This document shows, one piece after another, positions 28,431 to 39,013 of a stretch of 47,853 bases of DNA; position 1 is the stretch's first letter; every line of letters begins with the position of its first letter. The position numbers and the translations under genes were made by a program. The notes beneath the pieces are model-generated. The model saw only the letters and a list, made by a program, of their open reading frames with translations. It was not told the DNA's origin and searched no databases. The DNA is from an uncultured Sangeribacter sp. (GTDB taxonomy: Bacteria > Bacteroidota > Bacteroidia > Bacteroidales > Muribaculaceae): assembly GCA_964622105.1 (NCBI GenBank), contig CAZUNU010000003.1, positions 1 to 47,853 of the forward strand, read 5' to 3'.

Positions 28431-30029
28431 ATGGATAAATATCAAGGTTTTGATGATGAGACAAAAGAACTGATAAAGGATAAACTTAATAATCTTGGAG
28501 TAGGGGTCAAGTTAGTGGTGAAAGGTGTTCACGGCAGGGAAGACAAAGCATCTTTGGAGAAGTTTGTCCATGAATTTGCTCATTTAGGTGAAGGTATTGA
28601 TGTAAAAATAGAAAATACTCCTACCGAGCCGGATGTTGCATCAGTAGAATTATGGATCAATGGAGACCCCACGGGACTAACATTTTGCGGTGTGCCCAAA
28701 GATAAGGAGATAGTAGCATTTGCGATCGCTGTGCAAAATGCGGCGGGTAAAGGTGATAATATGCCTGACTATTTGATCAGGAAACGTATAGAAAACCTGG
28801 AAGGTCCGGGATTTCTCTTTACATTTGTATCTGATGGATGCCCCGGTTGTCCGGACGTAATGGAAGCCATGAACGTGATTGCTCTCATCAACCGTCAGTT
28901 CAAGAATACTGTAATTGACGTAGATGCTGCTCCTGAATTTGCGAAGGAATATGGAGTTCAGGGAGTCCCGGCAGTTTTTGCCAATGGAGCGCGACTGAGT
29001 GTTGGCCATGCCACATTAGGTCAACTTGTTGCCGATATGGAGAAATATTTCGGAAGCAGTGAGAAAGTTGACATTGACGATCATAGCGCTTTGGGCTTTG
29101 ATGTAATTATCGCCGGTGGAGGCCCTGCGGGTGCGGCTGCTGCCGTATATCTGGCAAGGAAAGGAGTGAAAACTGCCGTGATTGCAGATAGGCCCGGTGG
29201 ACAGGTTGCCGACACTGTGACGATAGATAATGTTATATCAGTACCTTCAATAACGGGGTCTCAATTGGCAGACACATTTAGAAAAGAGATGGAGAGCTAT
29301 GATATCAAACTCTTTGACGGCAGGAAGATTATTGAATCTTCACTGTTTGGTAAGGTGAAAAGAATCAAGACCGACAGAGGAGAATGGTTTGAAACTCCGT
29401 ATCTGATAATTGCCACAGGCGCCTCCTGGAAGAAGCTGAATGTTCCCGGCGAGGATAAATATCTTGGAAGAGGTGTTGGATTCTGCACGCACTGCGATGG
29501 ACCTTTCTATAAGGGAAGGAACGTAGCTGTTGTTGGAGGAGGAAATTCCGGCGTGGAAGCAGCCATAGATTTAGCACCCTTATGCAAGAAAGTTTATCTC
29601 TATGAATATGGGCCTGAATTGAGGGCGGATGATGTTCTCAAAGAGAGGTTGAAAAGTTTTTCAAATGTTGAGGTGCATCTTTCGAGTTCCATCGGTGAAA
29701 TCAAAGGAAACGACACAACGGGAGTAACTTCGATCAAAGTGAAAGACCTCAAGAATGGTGTGGTTGAAAATATCAGGGTTGAAGGCGTTTTCATTCAAGC
29801 CGGTCTCAAGCCGAATAGTGAACCCTTCGCTTCTGAGGTTGATGTCAATGATAAAGGTGAAATAATAGTAGATTCACTATGTCGCACAAATATCGCCGGT
29901 GTCTTTGCGGCCGGTGATGTTACGGATATACCTTACAAACAGATAGCCATAGCCATTGGCGAAGGTGCAAAAGCCGCGCTGACAATCTCAGCCGATAGAA
30001 TCAGAGGTGCTCTTGATCATAATGCGTAA
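28431..30029 (+). CDS. ahpF: Alkyl hydroperoxide reductase subunit F
   Basis: N-terminal thioredoxin-like domain with CPGC; GGGPAG FAD motif; FCTHCDG; GGGNSGVEAA; GVFAAGD...YKQI. Confidence 0.85.
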   Translation: MDKYQGFDDETKELIKDKLNNLGVGVKLVVKGVHGREDKASLEKFVHEFAHLGEGIDVKIENTPTEPDVASVELWINGDPTGLTFCGVPKDKEIVAFAIAVQNAAGKGDNMPDYLIRKRIENLEGPGFLFTFVSDGCPGCPDVMEAMNVIALINRQFKNTVIDVDAAPEFAKEYGVQGVPAVFANGARLSVGHATLGQLVADMEKYFGSSEKVDIDDHSALGFDVIIAGGGPAGAAAAVYLARKGVKTAVIADRPGGQVADTVTIDNVISVPSITGSQLADTFRKEMESYDIKLFDGRKIIESSLFGKVKRIKTDRGEWFETPYLIIATGASWKKLNVPGEDKYLGRGVGFCTHCDGPFYKGRNVAVVGGGNSGVEAAIDLAPLCKKVYLYEYGPELRADDVLKERLKSFSNVEVHLSSSIGEIKGNDTTGVTSIKVKDLKNGVVENIRVEGVFIQAGLKPNSEPFASEVDVNDKGEIIVDSLCRTNIAGVFAAGDVTDIPYKQIAIAIGEGAKAALTISADRIRGALDHNA

Positions 30030-30709
30030 GAAACCTCGCGGGCTATTCTCGACATACCTCTTTTGTTGGGATGGCCCGCAGTTTTTTCTACGTCTTTCAA
30101 CTGAAGATACGGCACATCATAATGACGGCATGCCTCGATGATGGAAGAGGTGATTTCCGGTTTGAGACCATCATTGATGATGTAAAGCAACTTTACGTTA
30201 GGGTAACGGTCAACCATATGGGAGAGCATGTAAGTAAGGGCAGGGCGGAAAGTCTTCAATTGTTCAGGCGTCCAGTCAGACCATACGAATTCACCTATCG
30301 GTGAATTAGCCCATGAGTCGTTTGTAGCACCGAATATGAGAATGATATCTGGGCTGCCAAGATTATCCATTCTTGTAATGAAAGATCTGTCGGAAAAATC
30401 AGCTCCATCATATCCGGTATTGCATATTGTAGAGCCGGAGTAAGAATTGTTTTTCTCAAGACGCATTCCGTTTTCTGAAATTACCTGGTGCCACCAAGTC
30501 TGTTTTACATCGTCAACATCCGTCTGATTCGGATCCGCTTTTGTGAAATACCATATGGCATTATCCTTGGGCTCTACAAAATTCTCAAATGTGGAATAGG
30601 AATCGCCAAGAATTGAAACACTCTTTTTATATTGTGCACAGGCGGCAAGGTTGATGCAAAGAATGAAGAGAAGGGTGGAAAAGACGGTCTTATTGAAGAA
30701 AGCGTTCAT
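30017..30709 (-). CDS. SGNH/GDSL hydrolase (secreted)
   Basis: ILGDSYS, GATNDS, GHPNKRG; signal peptide. Confidence 0.85.
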   Translation of the reverse strand: MNAFFNKTVFSTLLFILCINLAACAQYKKSVSILGDSYSTFENFVEPKDNAIWYFTKADPNQTDVDDVKQTWWHQVISENGMRLEKNNSYSGSTICNTGYDGADFSDRSFITRMDNLGSPDIILIFGATNDSWANSPIGEFVWSDWTPEQLKTFRPALTYMLSHMVDRYPNVKLLYIINDGLKPEITSSIIEACRHYDVPYLQLKDVEKTAGHPNKRGMSRIAREVSYAL

Positions 30710-30771
30710 AAAAGCAGGTTTTTCTGTTAGGTTATATAATTATTACGCTGTGGCAATAGTTTTTATTATAT

Positions 30772-30809
30772 AATGCGGTTTGAATTTACTGCTTAAAATG
30801 CGGTTTGAA
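30772..30809 (+). repeat. 13-bp perfect direct repeat, 25-bp period
   Basis: AATGCGGTTTGAA at 30772-30784 and 30797-30809. Confidence 0.85.
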
Positions 30810-30843
30810 CAAACTTGTAGCCTGAAGCGAAAAATCAATATCT

Positions 30844-31833
30844 ATGAAACTATTGAGAAAGGAAACTATTAAAATAACTGATCTTACAACGGGGTATCAT
30901 TCAAGGCACGGAGTCAGAGAGGTGACAAAAGATATCAATGCCTCGCTTTATTCCGGGGAGCTCACTTGTCTGTTAGGTCCGAACGGAGCCGGTAAATCAA
31001 CTTTGCTCAAGACGCTGATAGCCTTTATTCCACCCATTAGTGGTGAAATAGTGATTAAGGGTAAGACGCTTGATGAGTACAGTGACTCTGAGCTTGCGGA
31101 GACAATCGGAGTAGTGCTGACAGATAAAGTCAATCTTGAGAATATGACCGCAGAACAGCTTGTGGCCCTCGGCAGGAGTCCCTATACTGGTTTCTGGGGA
31201 AGGCTCGGACAAGATGACCGGCAGATTGTGGAGGAAGCCATCAAGCTTGTGGGAATTGAGGAGCTCAGAAGCCGAACCGTGAGAACACTTAGCGACGGTG
31301 AACGCCAGAAAGTGATGATCGCAAAGGTGCTCGCACAGGAGACCCCGGTGATTTTCCTCGATGAGCCGGCAGCGTTCCTTGACTATCCGAGTAAAGTTGA
31401 AATAATGCAGCTTCTGCAAAGACTTGCCCGAGAGAAAGGGAAAACAGTTTTCCTCTCCACTCATGATCTTGAACTGGCTCTTCAGATTGCTGACAAGGTA
31501 TGGCTTCTTGATAAGGTGAATGGCGTATCTACCGGCACACCGGAGGATCTGGCTCTTGACGGCACAATCGGTAGATATTTCAATCGTGAGGGCTTGATTT
31601 TCGATGGCTCGGCAGGTCTTTTTCGTATCAATTACCCGATTAAGAAAAGCTATCGGCTAATAGGTGAAAAATCGCGGTTCAACATGGTTAGAAAGGCTTT
31701 CTTACGTAACGGAATAGGCGTAAGTGAAGACAAAGCGTGCGAGACAGTAGAGATCTTTCCTAACGGAGTGTATGATGTAAAAGGCGAGAAAGCTAATTCA
31801 ATAGAGGAGTTGCTACTTCTGGTGAATAGTTAG
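30844..31833 (+). CDS. ABC transporter ATP-binding subunit, iron-siderophore/cobalamin type (FepC/BtuD-like)
   Basis: GPNGAGKST, LGRSPY, LSDGERQK, LDEP, STHDLELA. Confidence 0.88.
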   Translation: MKLLRKETIKITDLTTGYHSRHGVREVTKDINASLYSGELTCLLGPNGAGKSTLLKTLIAFIPPISGEIVIKGKTLDEYSDSELAETIGVVLTDKVNLENMTAEQLVALGRSPYTGFWGRLGQDDRQIVEEAIKLVGIEELRSRTVRTLSDGERQKVMIAKVLAQETPVIFLDEPAAFLDYPSKVEIMQLLQRLAREKGKTVFLSTHDLELALQIADKVWLLDKVNGVSTGTPEDLALDGTIGRYFNREGLIFDGSAGLFRINYPIKKSYRLIGEKSRFNMVRKAFLRNGIGVSEDKACETVEIFPNGVYDVKGEKANSIEELLLLVNS

Positions 31834-31950
31834 TGATAGCACATAAATAAGCGAATAAGTAGGAGTAGTAGCCCTGTAAATTCATTGATACGGAAAATGT
31901 TAACCTTAACCGACAAAAGCTTCACAAATTAATTTCCAAAGAATAAATAG

Positions 31951-31986
31951 AAAGCGGTGTGACCCGGATTGGAATCACACCGCTTT
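31951..31986. terminator. Bidirectional terminator
   Basis: AAAGCGGTGTGA/TCACACCGCTTT between convergent genes. Confidence 0.75.
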
Positions 31987-32005
31987 GTAAAAATTGGTAA
32001 TTTTC

Positions 32006-34498
32006 TTATCTTTCAGGTATATCAACCGGTGGTTGAGGCTTCTGATCAATCAGGTTCTCTCTGAAGAAGTCCATCATGCGCCAGTAGAAATACTCATCCA
32101 TGTCGCCGAAACTATGACGCTGGGTTGGAAGCATGAGCAAATCGAAACGCTTGTTGGCGTGGATAAGTGCATTGACCACTCTCTGAGTATTACCCGGGTG
32201 AACGTTGTTGTCGATGTCGCCATGAACAAGCATCAGTCTGCCTTTCAGATTCTTTGCGATCTCAGGGTTAGTTTTGATGGAGTAGACGAATGTAGTGTCG
32301 CCGGCTTCAGTCACTTTCTCCTTCACGCCATGGTGAGTCTCGCTCCACCAACGGTTGTAGATCCTGTTGTCGTGATTACCGGCGGCCGAAACAGCTGCCT
32401 TGAAGAAATCGGGGTAAACAAGCATAGCTGCTGTCGACATGAAACCACCGCCGGAGTGCCCGTGGATACCCACACGATTTACATCGATATACTTATGGCG
32501 AGCTGCAAGCTGCTCGATTGCCGCTTTCTGATCTGCCAAACCATAATCGCGAAGATTGCCGTAACCATAATTATGATACCATTTAGAACGGTTGGGGTGA
32601 CCGCCACGGTTGCCAACTGTGATCACAATGAAACCACCCTGAGCGAGTCTGTCGGTACGTACACCCATTCGGGTAAACGGATAATTGGTAGCCTCTACCT
32701 GAGGACCGGGATAAACATAGTCAATAATCGGATAAGATTTCTCAGGATCGAAATCGAATGGCTTATACATCACTCCATAGAGATCAGTGATGCCATCAGC
32801 TGCCTTGACAGTGAAAATCTCAGGGAATTTGTAGCCGTTTGCAAGAAGCTGGCTGAAATCAGAACGCTCAAGATTCATCAGTTTGTTGCCATTGATGTCA
32901 TAGAGCACTGTTTCCGGCACGGTATCAATGCGTGAGAAGTTGTCGATGAAGTATTTGGCGTTGTCAGCTACAATGGGGGAGTGGAAGAACTCACCTTTAT
33001 CCAGGAGTTTAACAGGTCCGCCGTCAAGACTTACAGAATACAGGTGCTGATAATAGGGATGCTCTCCCTTCTCACGACCCATACCTGTGAAGATGACACG
33101 ACGGTTGGGTTCATCCACATTGATGATCTGGTGTACATGCCAGGGACCTTCCGTAAGTCTGCGTTTGAGGTTACCTTTGTCATCATAAAGATAAAGGTGT
33201 GCCCATCCGTCGCGCTCGCTCCATTGCACCAATTCTTTACCGTTGTTTACGGCTGCCAGAGGCCTCACCTCCTGATAGGTGTTGAGCCGCTCCTCAATGA
33301 TGGGAACAATCGTATCTTCCCCAAGAGTATAGCTGCAAATATCAATGCGCTTAAGGTCACGCGAAGATCTGGTTAGGAAGAAACGGTTGTTGTCTCCGAG
33401 CCAAATCGAGGGCACATCATATTGATGGCGTTGGGTGTGGAGGCGTGGACGGTAGGAGACACTTACAGTCTGATCCTTGAACCGGTCTGTCTTAATTTCC
33501 TTACGGGTGCGGTCGTCAACATTGAAGAGATATACGTGCTCCTGAGGGATATTTTCGTCTCCCGGCATTGCATACTTGTAAGTTTCAAGTGTAGGACGTG
33601 GTTCAGCGATGGTGTTGATCACCCACAGATCCTGCACATTACGGCTGTCGGTGATATTTGAAACGAAATGGCGCGAATCCGGCGACCATAGCACGTAAGC
33701 GCCACGCTTTTTGCCGTTGTCGAGGGTGTCGGTATTGAGCACGTAATAAGGTTGACCATAACCGAAGTCACGCACGCCATCGGTTGTCAATTGAATCTCG
33801 TTGATGGTAGAATCGTTCTCATCCTTTTTCAGTTTCGCGTAATCTTCGCCGCTCATCATCCAAAGGTTGAAATCTTTGGCATATACCACTTTCTGGCCAT
33901 CGGGTGAGACAGACGCCCAGCTGAGTTCCTTGGTCTCTTTTTCCTTATCTGCGAGATGAGTCAGTTTGCCATTACGTGAATCATAAGAGAAATAGAAAAT
34001 CTGCTTTTCGGGCTTCTTGCTTTTCCCTTTACCTTTCTTTTCGCCATCTTTTTTGTCATCTTTTGGAGGGGCATCCTGAGATGATTTCACTTCGAAGGTG
34101 TAGATATAGCCGTTTGGTTCAACTTCCAGATTAGAGATGGGCAGTTGCTGGGCGATAAAAGGATCCTTGATAATCGACGTGAGTTCAGCAGCAAGTTTGT
34201 CTTGGTCAAACATTGGGGTCTTGCGCCTGGTGACAGGATCGATTACATACCAACGGGTGCCTTCACCGGTTTTGTAAGAATACCAGAATTTGTCACCTGA
34301 AGGAAACCAGTTCGGATCCACTGATGTGGAGAAGAGCATCTTTGAGAGCTTCGGTTTTGTAAAACGCTCTGCGAGTTCGTAAGGATTGGCGCTTGATGCC
34401 GAGTAGCTGTTGTCATTTCCTGCCGGAGAAGCATTCAGGAAAAGAGGGGCAGATGCCGGCAAAAGAGCCGCCAAGATTAAAATGCTTTTTTTCATCAT
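32006..34498 (-). CDS. S9 family dipeptidyl peptidase IV-like serine peptidase
   Basis: Start at MMKKSILILAALL (signal peptide); YPGPQ, nucleophile GHSGGG, HGDIDNNVH, catalytic His in QRHSF. Confidence 0.9.
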   Translation of the reverse strand: MMKKSILILAALLPASAPLFLNASPAGNDNSYSASSANPYELAERFTKPKLSKMLFSTSVDPNWFPSGDKFWYSYKTGEGTRWYVIDPVTRRKTPMFDQDKLAAELTSIIKDPFIAQQLPISNLEVEPNGYIYTFEVKSSQDAPPKDDKKDGEKKGKGKSKKPEKQIFYFSYDSRNGKLTHLADKEKETKELSWASVSPDGQKVVYAKDFNLWMMSGEDYAKLKKDENDSTINEIQLTTDGVRDFGYGQPYYVLNTDTLDNGKKRGAYVLWSPDSRHFVSNITDSRNVQDLWVINTIAEPRPTLETYKYAMPGDENIPQEHVYLFNVDDRTRKEIKTDRFKDQTVSVSYRPRLHTQRHQYDVPSIWLGDNNRFFLTRSSRDLKRIDICSYTLGEDTIVPIIEERLNTYQEVRPLAAVNNGKELVQWSERDGWAHLYLYDDKGNLKRRLTEGPWHVHQIINVDEPNRRVIFTGMGREKGEHPYYQHLYSVSLDGGPVKLLDKGEFFHSPIVADNAKYFIDNFSRIDTVPETVLYDINGNKLMNLERSDFSQLLANGYKFPEIFTVKAADGITDLYGVMYKPFDFDPEKSYPIIDYVYPGPQVEATNYPFTRMGVRTDRLAQGGFIVITVGNRGGHPNRSKWYHNYGYGNLRDYGLADQKAAIEQLAARHKYIDVNRVGIHGHSGGGFMSTAAMLVYPDFFKAAVSAAGNHDNRIYNRWWSETHHGVKEKVTEAGDTTFVYSIKTNPEIAKNLKGRLMLVHGDIDNNVHPGNTQRVVNALIHANKRFDLLMLPTQRHSFGDMDEYFYWRMMDFFRENLIDQKPQPPVDIPER

Positions 34499-34709
34499 GA
34501 TGGTATAGATGAAGTTAGTTAGAATAAGTTGCGGATAATTACGGCTAAATTGCAAAAGTATGACAGTGATCAAATTTGCAATTCAAGAAGCCGTAGGGAT
34601 AATTTGAGGCACAAATATAACTAAAATAAACGGAAATAATAAAATTTGCCGAAAATAAAATTTATATTTTTATTACGCTCGTCATATAATGAAAGTGACC
34701 GATTGTTGC

Positions 34710-36692
34710 TTACAGACGCACGTTCAACGTTTCGCCTCTCTTTATCCTTTTTTCAATATGCGGTTTATTTCCCTTCAGTATTTTGACTTTTGTGTTTTTA
34801 TCCCCATCTGCTTCCACAACTATGTCGAAATTTTCTCCAAACGCCTTTATATTGCGCAACGACATTGAAGGCCATTCTTTCGGAAGCCTTGGAGTGAGTG
34901 CCATACTTTTGAATCCTGTGGGCCTGATACCAAATAGGCCCTCAGTGAAGATGCGTGCATAAAGAGCGCTTTCTGCAGAGAGTTGTCTCTGGTTACCTTC
35001 CGGCCATGCTTCTATGGCATAAGGCACGTGTTCGCCAATAAGTCTTTTCTGCGAGTAAGACAAAAGATGGGGGAGAGCCTCGTCAATATATCCTGCTTGG
35101 AGGATGCCTCGCAAGGCGTAGAGGGTAGATCTGTCCCAGAATGTTTTATCACCGCTTTGAGTTAGAAGTCCGTTGTCCGACCAAAGTTTGTCGGAGAATA
35201 GTGCATCGATCGTAGCCGGTGCCTTTTCGTAAATTCCAACAGTAAGGGGAATGCAGATCCAGGATCGGAGTAGATCGTTACCTTTATAATATGCATAGGT
35301 TTCATAGCCTTCCACCGGACCATCGAAATATGAATCGATCCCCTTTCTAAGTTGTTGGGCTTCCTTTTCATACTCTTTTTGTTTCCTTGCCGGTAATCCT
35401 AATTCTTTACATAAATATGAGGCCGAAAGGAGGGCATCGTAATAGAGAGATGAGGTGCAAAGGTTTGCTTCACCCGAAGGGAAGCGGTTTTCAAGTTCAT
35501 CTGAATCTGAAGCCACCACTCCGTCATCATTCAGATTACGCTTGCAATACTCAAGACACCATTCCATTAGAGGCCAAAGCTTTTGTGCAGTAGCTTTATC
35601 ACCTTTTGCAAGACAGAACCTGCCCACACCGTAAGCTATCATAGCGGCATCTCCTCTATCTCCTGCGCCATTCCAATAAGAATCTCCCTCCGCTATGATT
35701 GAACTCGGTATAGGCTTGTATTCGGGATTCATGTATTCGCCAAACCATCGGAAAGAGTTTACGGCCGATTCATTGGCATAATCATAACCCGTGAAAGGAA
35801 ATAAAGGATTGGCATATTCGGCCTGGTCGTTAGCCCAGATAGCGGCGTAGTATGATTCTCCTCCGGGACCATGCATAGGTCCTCCCTTTGTTTCATATAT
35901 GCTCTCGCAAGCTCTGATCTTACTGAAATCAAACATACGGTTGAGTATATCAACCGGAGTGTCGAGCTCAAGCGATGAACACCAGTTGGCTACTGCTTCT
36001 CTGCGGGAAGCTTCTTCAGCAGACGGGTCAAATTTCTCTTTTTCCTCTGAGTTCCTTCTGGCAGATATTACATAAGAAAAATCCAATGATTCACCCGGGG
36101 CCAATTTATAATCGCCACTTCCTATAGTGGTACCTTCCACAAGATATACCCCATCCACTCCTCTTTCTTCAGGAGTGGAAAGGACTGTATTGATATCCGG
36201 AATCTCAATACTTACCGATTGGTGACCTTCATTTATCAGTGAATAATTTTCAATCAGGGCTTTGCCGGTTGATGCCGGAAGATATCTTCTGGTGAGCTTA
36301 ACGTCCTTGCCGAGATTACTCTTAATATTAAGCAAACCATCAAATGTAATCGTATTGACAGTTTCTTTCACCGGCTTCTCGTTAATCAGAATATGGTGGG
36401 GGAGATCCAAAGAGATCTTACGCATGAGGCTGGCGTGGGTATTGTTTGGCACCATTCTCAATGTCGGCCATATAAGACTTTTTTCAATCTTGAAGGATTT
36501 GTCTTCATTCACTCCATATCGGATTACGCAGGCTGTTTGTTTGCCTGCCATCTCCAGATGGTCGGAATGTGGAAGATTTTCGTTGACTTCCCAAACAATG
36601 GCTTCATTGTTTGGATCGATTGCCCAATAATCCAGCGCTTTACCGGATAATGGCAACAAAAACAGTAAAATGATGCTAAGTATTAATCTCAT
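34710..36692 (-). CDS. Secreted six-hairpin (alpha/alpha)6 glycosidase-like protein
   Basis: Signal peptide; YYAAIWANDQAEY, SDSDELE, EAWPE, GLFGIRPTG...PRLPKEW C-terminus typical of GH63/65/78-like folds. Exact family uncertain. Confidence 0.65.
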   Translation of the reverse strand: MRLILSIILLFLLPLSGKALDYWAIDPNNEAIVWEVNENLPHSDHLEMAGKQTACVIRYGVNEDKSFKIEKSLIWPTLRMVPNNTHASLMRKISLDLPHHILINEKPVKETVNTITFDGLLNIKSNLGKDVKLTRRYLPASTGKALIENYSLINEGHQSVSIEIPDINTVLSTPEERGVDGVYLVEGTTIGSGDYKLAPGESLDFSYVISARRNSEEKEKFDPSAEEASRREAVANWCSSLELDTPVDILNRMFDFSKIRACESIYETKGGPMHGPGGESYYAAIWANDQAEYANPLFPFTGYDYANESAVNSFRWFGEYMNPEYKPIPSSIIAEGDSYWNGAGDRGDAAMIAYGVGRFCLAKGDKATAQKLWPLMEWCLEYCKRNLNDDGVVASDSDELENRFPSGEANLCTSSLYYDALLSASYLCKELGLPARKQKEYEKEAQQLRKGIDSYFDGPVEGYETYAYYKGNDLLRSWICIPLTVGIYEKAPATIDALFSDKLWSDNGLLTQSGDKTFWDRSTLYALRGILQAGYIDEALPHLLSYSQKRLIGEHVPYAIEAWPEGNQRQLSAESALYARIFTEGLFGIRPTGFKSMALTPRLPKEWPSMSLRNIKAFGENFDIVVEADGDKNTKVKILKGNKPHIEKRIKRGETLNVRL

Positions 36693-36966
36693 GGTCTAAA
36701 AATTCATTAAGGTTAGTTGAACTTCTCCATATGTTAAAACGCCATTCTCCGGTTTCTATTGTTAAGTTTAGTCGATATTCAGCAAACTGAAATAATCATG
36801 TCAGCACCAGAAATAATGATAATATATCTCAGGGGGTTATAAATAATTATGAAGGCTTTCTTTAACTTTACCGGTTTAGAATAAAATGCTGAGATATGAT
36901 GTGGTAGATTAAGAAATTATTATTAATTTTGTCAAATTCTTCACACCCATAACCTACTTTATTTAT

Positions 36967-37653
36967 ATGAAGCATAAAGCAATTATGGCGCTGGCTATGG
37001 CCGGAATAATCTTTACATCGAACGCTCAGAAAAAAGACTGGGCTGATTTCGCACGCTATGAAAGTGCAAATGCCGAACTATTAAGTGCTCCGGCCAATCC
37101 TGATCTCGTGGTATTCATGGGTAATTCGATTACTGACTACTGGCCTTCTACACATCCGGAATTCTTCAAACAACATGGCTACGTAGGAAGAGGGATCAGC
37201 GGCCAGACCTCATATCAATTCCTTTCACGTTTCAGAGAAGATGTGATCAATCTGCATCCGAAGATTGTAGTGATAAATGCGGCAACTAACGACATAGCTG
37301 AAAACACTCATCCGTATAATGCCGAGCGCACTTTCGGTAATATCATGTCGATGGTAGAGCTGGCCCAAGCTAACGGGATAAAAGTGGTGCTCACAACTAC
37401 ACTTCCGGCCGGTAAATTCGGTTGGAATCCTTCTATAACCGACGGTCCTGAAAAGATAATGGCTCTCAATAAAAGACTGAAGGCCTATGCGGAAAAGAAG
37501 GGAATCCCGTTTGCAGATTATTATTCAGCTTTGGTAGCTGAAGATGGACGGTCGCTTGATAAGCGCTACTCAGAAGATGGCGTTCATCCCAACGCAGCAG
37601 GATATGAAGTGATGGAACGGGTGATTTCGGAGGTGCTCCGTAATAATTTCTAA
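36967..37653 (+). CDS. SGNH/GDSL esterase
   Basis: FMGNSIT, RGISGQT, ATNDI, DGVHPN; signal peptide. Confidence 0.88.
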   Translation: MKHKAIMALAMAGIIFTSNAQKKDWADFARYESANAELLSAPANPDLVVFMGNSITDYWPSTHPEFFKQHGYVGRGISGQTSYQFLSRFREDVINLHPKIVVINAATNDIAENTHPYNAERTFGNIMSMVELAQANGIKVVLTTTLPAGKFGWNPSITDGPEKIMALNKRLKAYAEKKGIPFADYYSALVAEDGRSLDKRYSEDGVHPNAAGYEVMERVISEVLRNNF

Positions 37654-37683
37654 AAAGTCTTATCCGTTTAATTTCTTTAAATT

Positions 37684-38241
37684 ATGAAAAGGGAATTGAA
37701 AGATCTTTCACTTGAAGAACTCTGGCAACTTTTCCCGATTACGCTTGAGGATCACAAGGACGAATGGAAAGACATTGCCTCAGCAGAAATAGAATATCTC
37801 AATGGCATTCTCCATCAATGGAATCCTCAGATCAATCATATTGGTAGTACGGCTATTCCCAATATCAAGGCTAAGCCTTTAGTGGATATCCTGGTTGAAG
37901 CAGCTGACACGTCATTATTTCCTATAATGCTCGATGCAATGGAGAAATATGGATATATCTGCATGGCGGCTACCGGCTCCCGAATGAGCTTTAACAAGGG
38001 ATACACTATCAATGGATACGCTGAGAAAGTGTTTCATATACATTTCCACAAACAAGGGGATAATGACGAGATTCTCTTTAGAAACTATCTTATAAACCAT
38101 CCTGAATCTGCTAAGGAATATGAAAGATTGAAACTGAGTCTTCTTCCTGATTATTGTCATGACCGAGACGGGTATACGGAGGCTAAAGGTGAATTCGTGA
38201 GCAAGATCATGACACTTGCAAGAAAGGAGAGAGGTTCATAA
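37684..38241 (+). CDS. GrpB/UPF0157 family protein
   Basis: HIGSTAIPNIKAKPLVDI, FRNYL, YTEAK. Confidence 0.88.
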   Translation: MKRELKDLSLEELWQLFPITLEDHKDEWKDIASAEIEYLNGILHQWNPQINHIGSTAIPNIKAKPLVDILVEAADTSLFPIMLDAMEKYGYICMAATGSRMSFNKGYTINGYAEKVFHIHFHKQGDNDEILFRNYLINHPESAKEYERLKLSLLPDYCHDRDGYTEAKGEFVSKIMTLARKERGS

Positions 38242-38297
38242 CCTAAAGTGTGGTTATGAACCTCTCTCCTTTATTTTACTTCCTAAAAATAAGGTTA

Positions 38298-38864
38298 TTA
38301 ATTTTTAAAGTTCTGGTTGAATCTACGGATCTTAGCAGCAACTATCAGACGGTAGACACCGAACAGTACCAGGGATATACCGATATAGATCCATACGGCA
38401 ATGCCTCCGGCTATAGGACCGGCCATGAAGATAACTGCAAAAAGAAGAGTTATCAGAAGGATGGCAATTATCCAGCCGAACCAGTCGCGAGAATATCCAT
38501 AGAATGTGCATGAATCACAAATTGCATTTATAGCTGCGAAGATGATATAGAATCCTATGGCGTACATGAAAACTACAGTCATTGTAGCGGCAGGAAGACA
38601 GAGCATCCATATACCACATATAAGTTCAAGCAATCCTAAACCAAGCGACCAACCCCATGAAGGGTGATTATTCATATTTGAGAATGCAAACATAAGATTG
38701 AAGAAACCTGCGAAACAGATAACCCAAGCAAATGCATATGCCAATATCGGAAGAGATTCCTGTGGGCTGCAGAGACACCAGATGCCGATAGCTATTGACA
38801 AAAGACCGGTAATTAATGGAATCCACCAAAAGCGTGTGATTCCTCCTTTGAAGTTGTTTTCCAT
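38298..38864 (-). CDS. HdeD/DUF308 family membrane protein
   Basis: About six hydrophobic helices with GxxxIxxG...P repeats. Confidence 0.8.
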   Translation of the reverse strand: MENNFKGGITRFWWIPLITGLLSIAIGIWCLCSPQESLPILAYAFAWVICFAGFFNLMFAFSNMNNHPSWGWSLGLGLLELICGIWMLCLPAATMTVVFMYAIGFYIIFAAINAICDSCTFYGYSRDWFGWIIAILLITLLFAVIFMAGPIAGGIAVWIYIGISLVLFGVYRLIVAAKIRRFNQNFKN

Positions 38865-38899
38865 AATTTATAATGTTAAAATATATGATATTCTATTAA

Positions 38900-38927
38900 A
38901 ACAACCCATTCCACGGCCATAAAGTTC
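38900..38927 (-). promoter_or_regulatory. Putative ECF-sigma promoter of the HdeD gene
   Basis: Minus strand GAACTT-N16-GTTGTT. Confidence 0.4.
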
Positions 38928-39013
38928 AATCTAAAAATCATGCTGATGATATATTGCGATCATTGGTCAAATATTTATTATTTTTGCGAAGTGATTGCAA
39001 TTTTTTAATAGTG

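Noticed and set aside
31994-32935. 313-aa plus-strand ORF
   Set aside because: Antisense shadow of the S9 peptidase catalytic domain.
37684-38241. GrpB nucleotidyltransferase-fold gene as part of the RiPP-like system
   Set aside because: It is separated by two unrelated genes and belongs to a different transcription unit.
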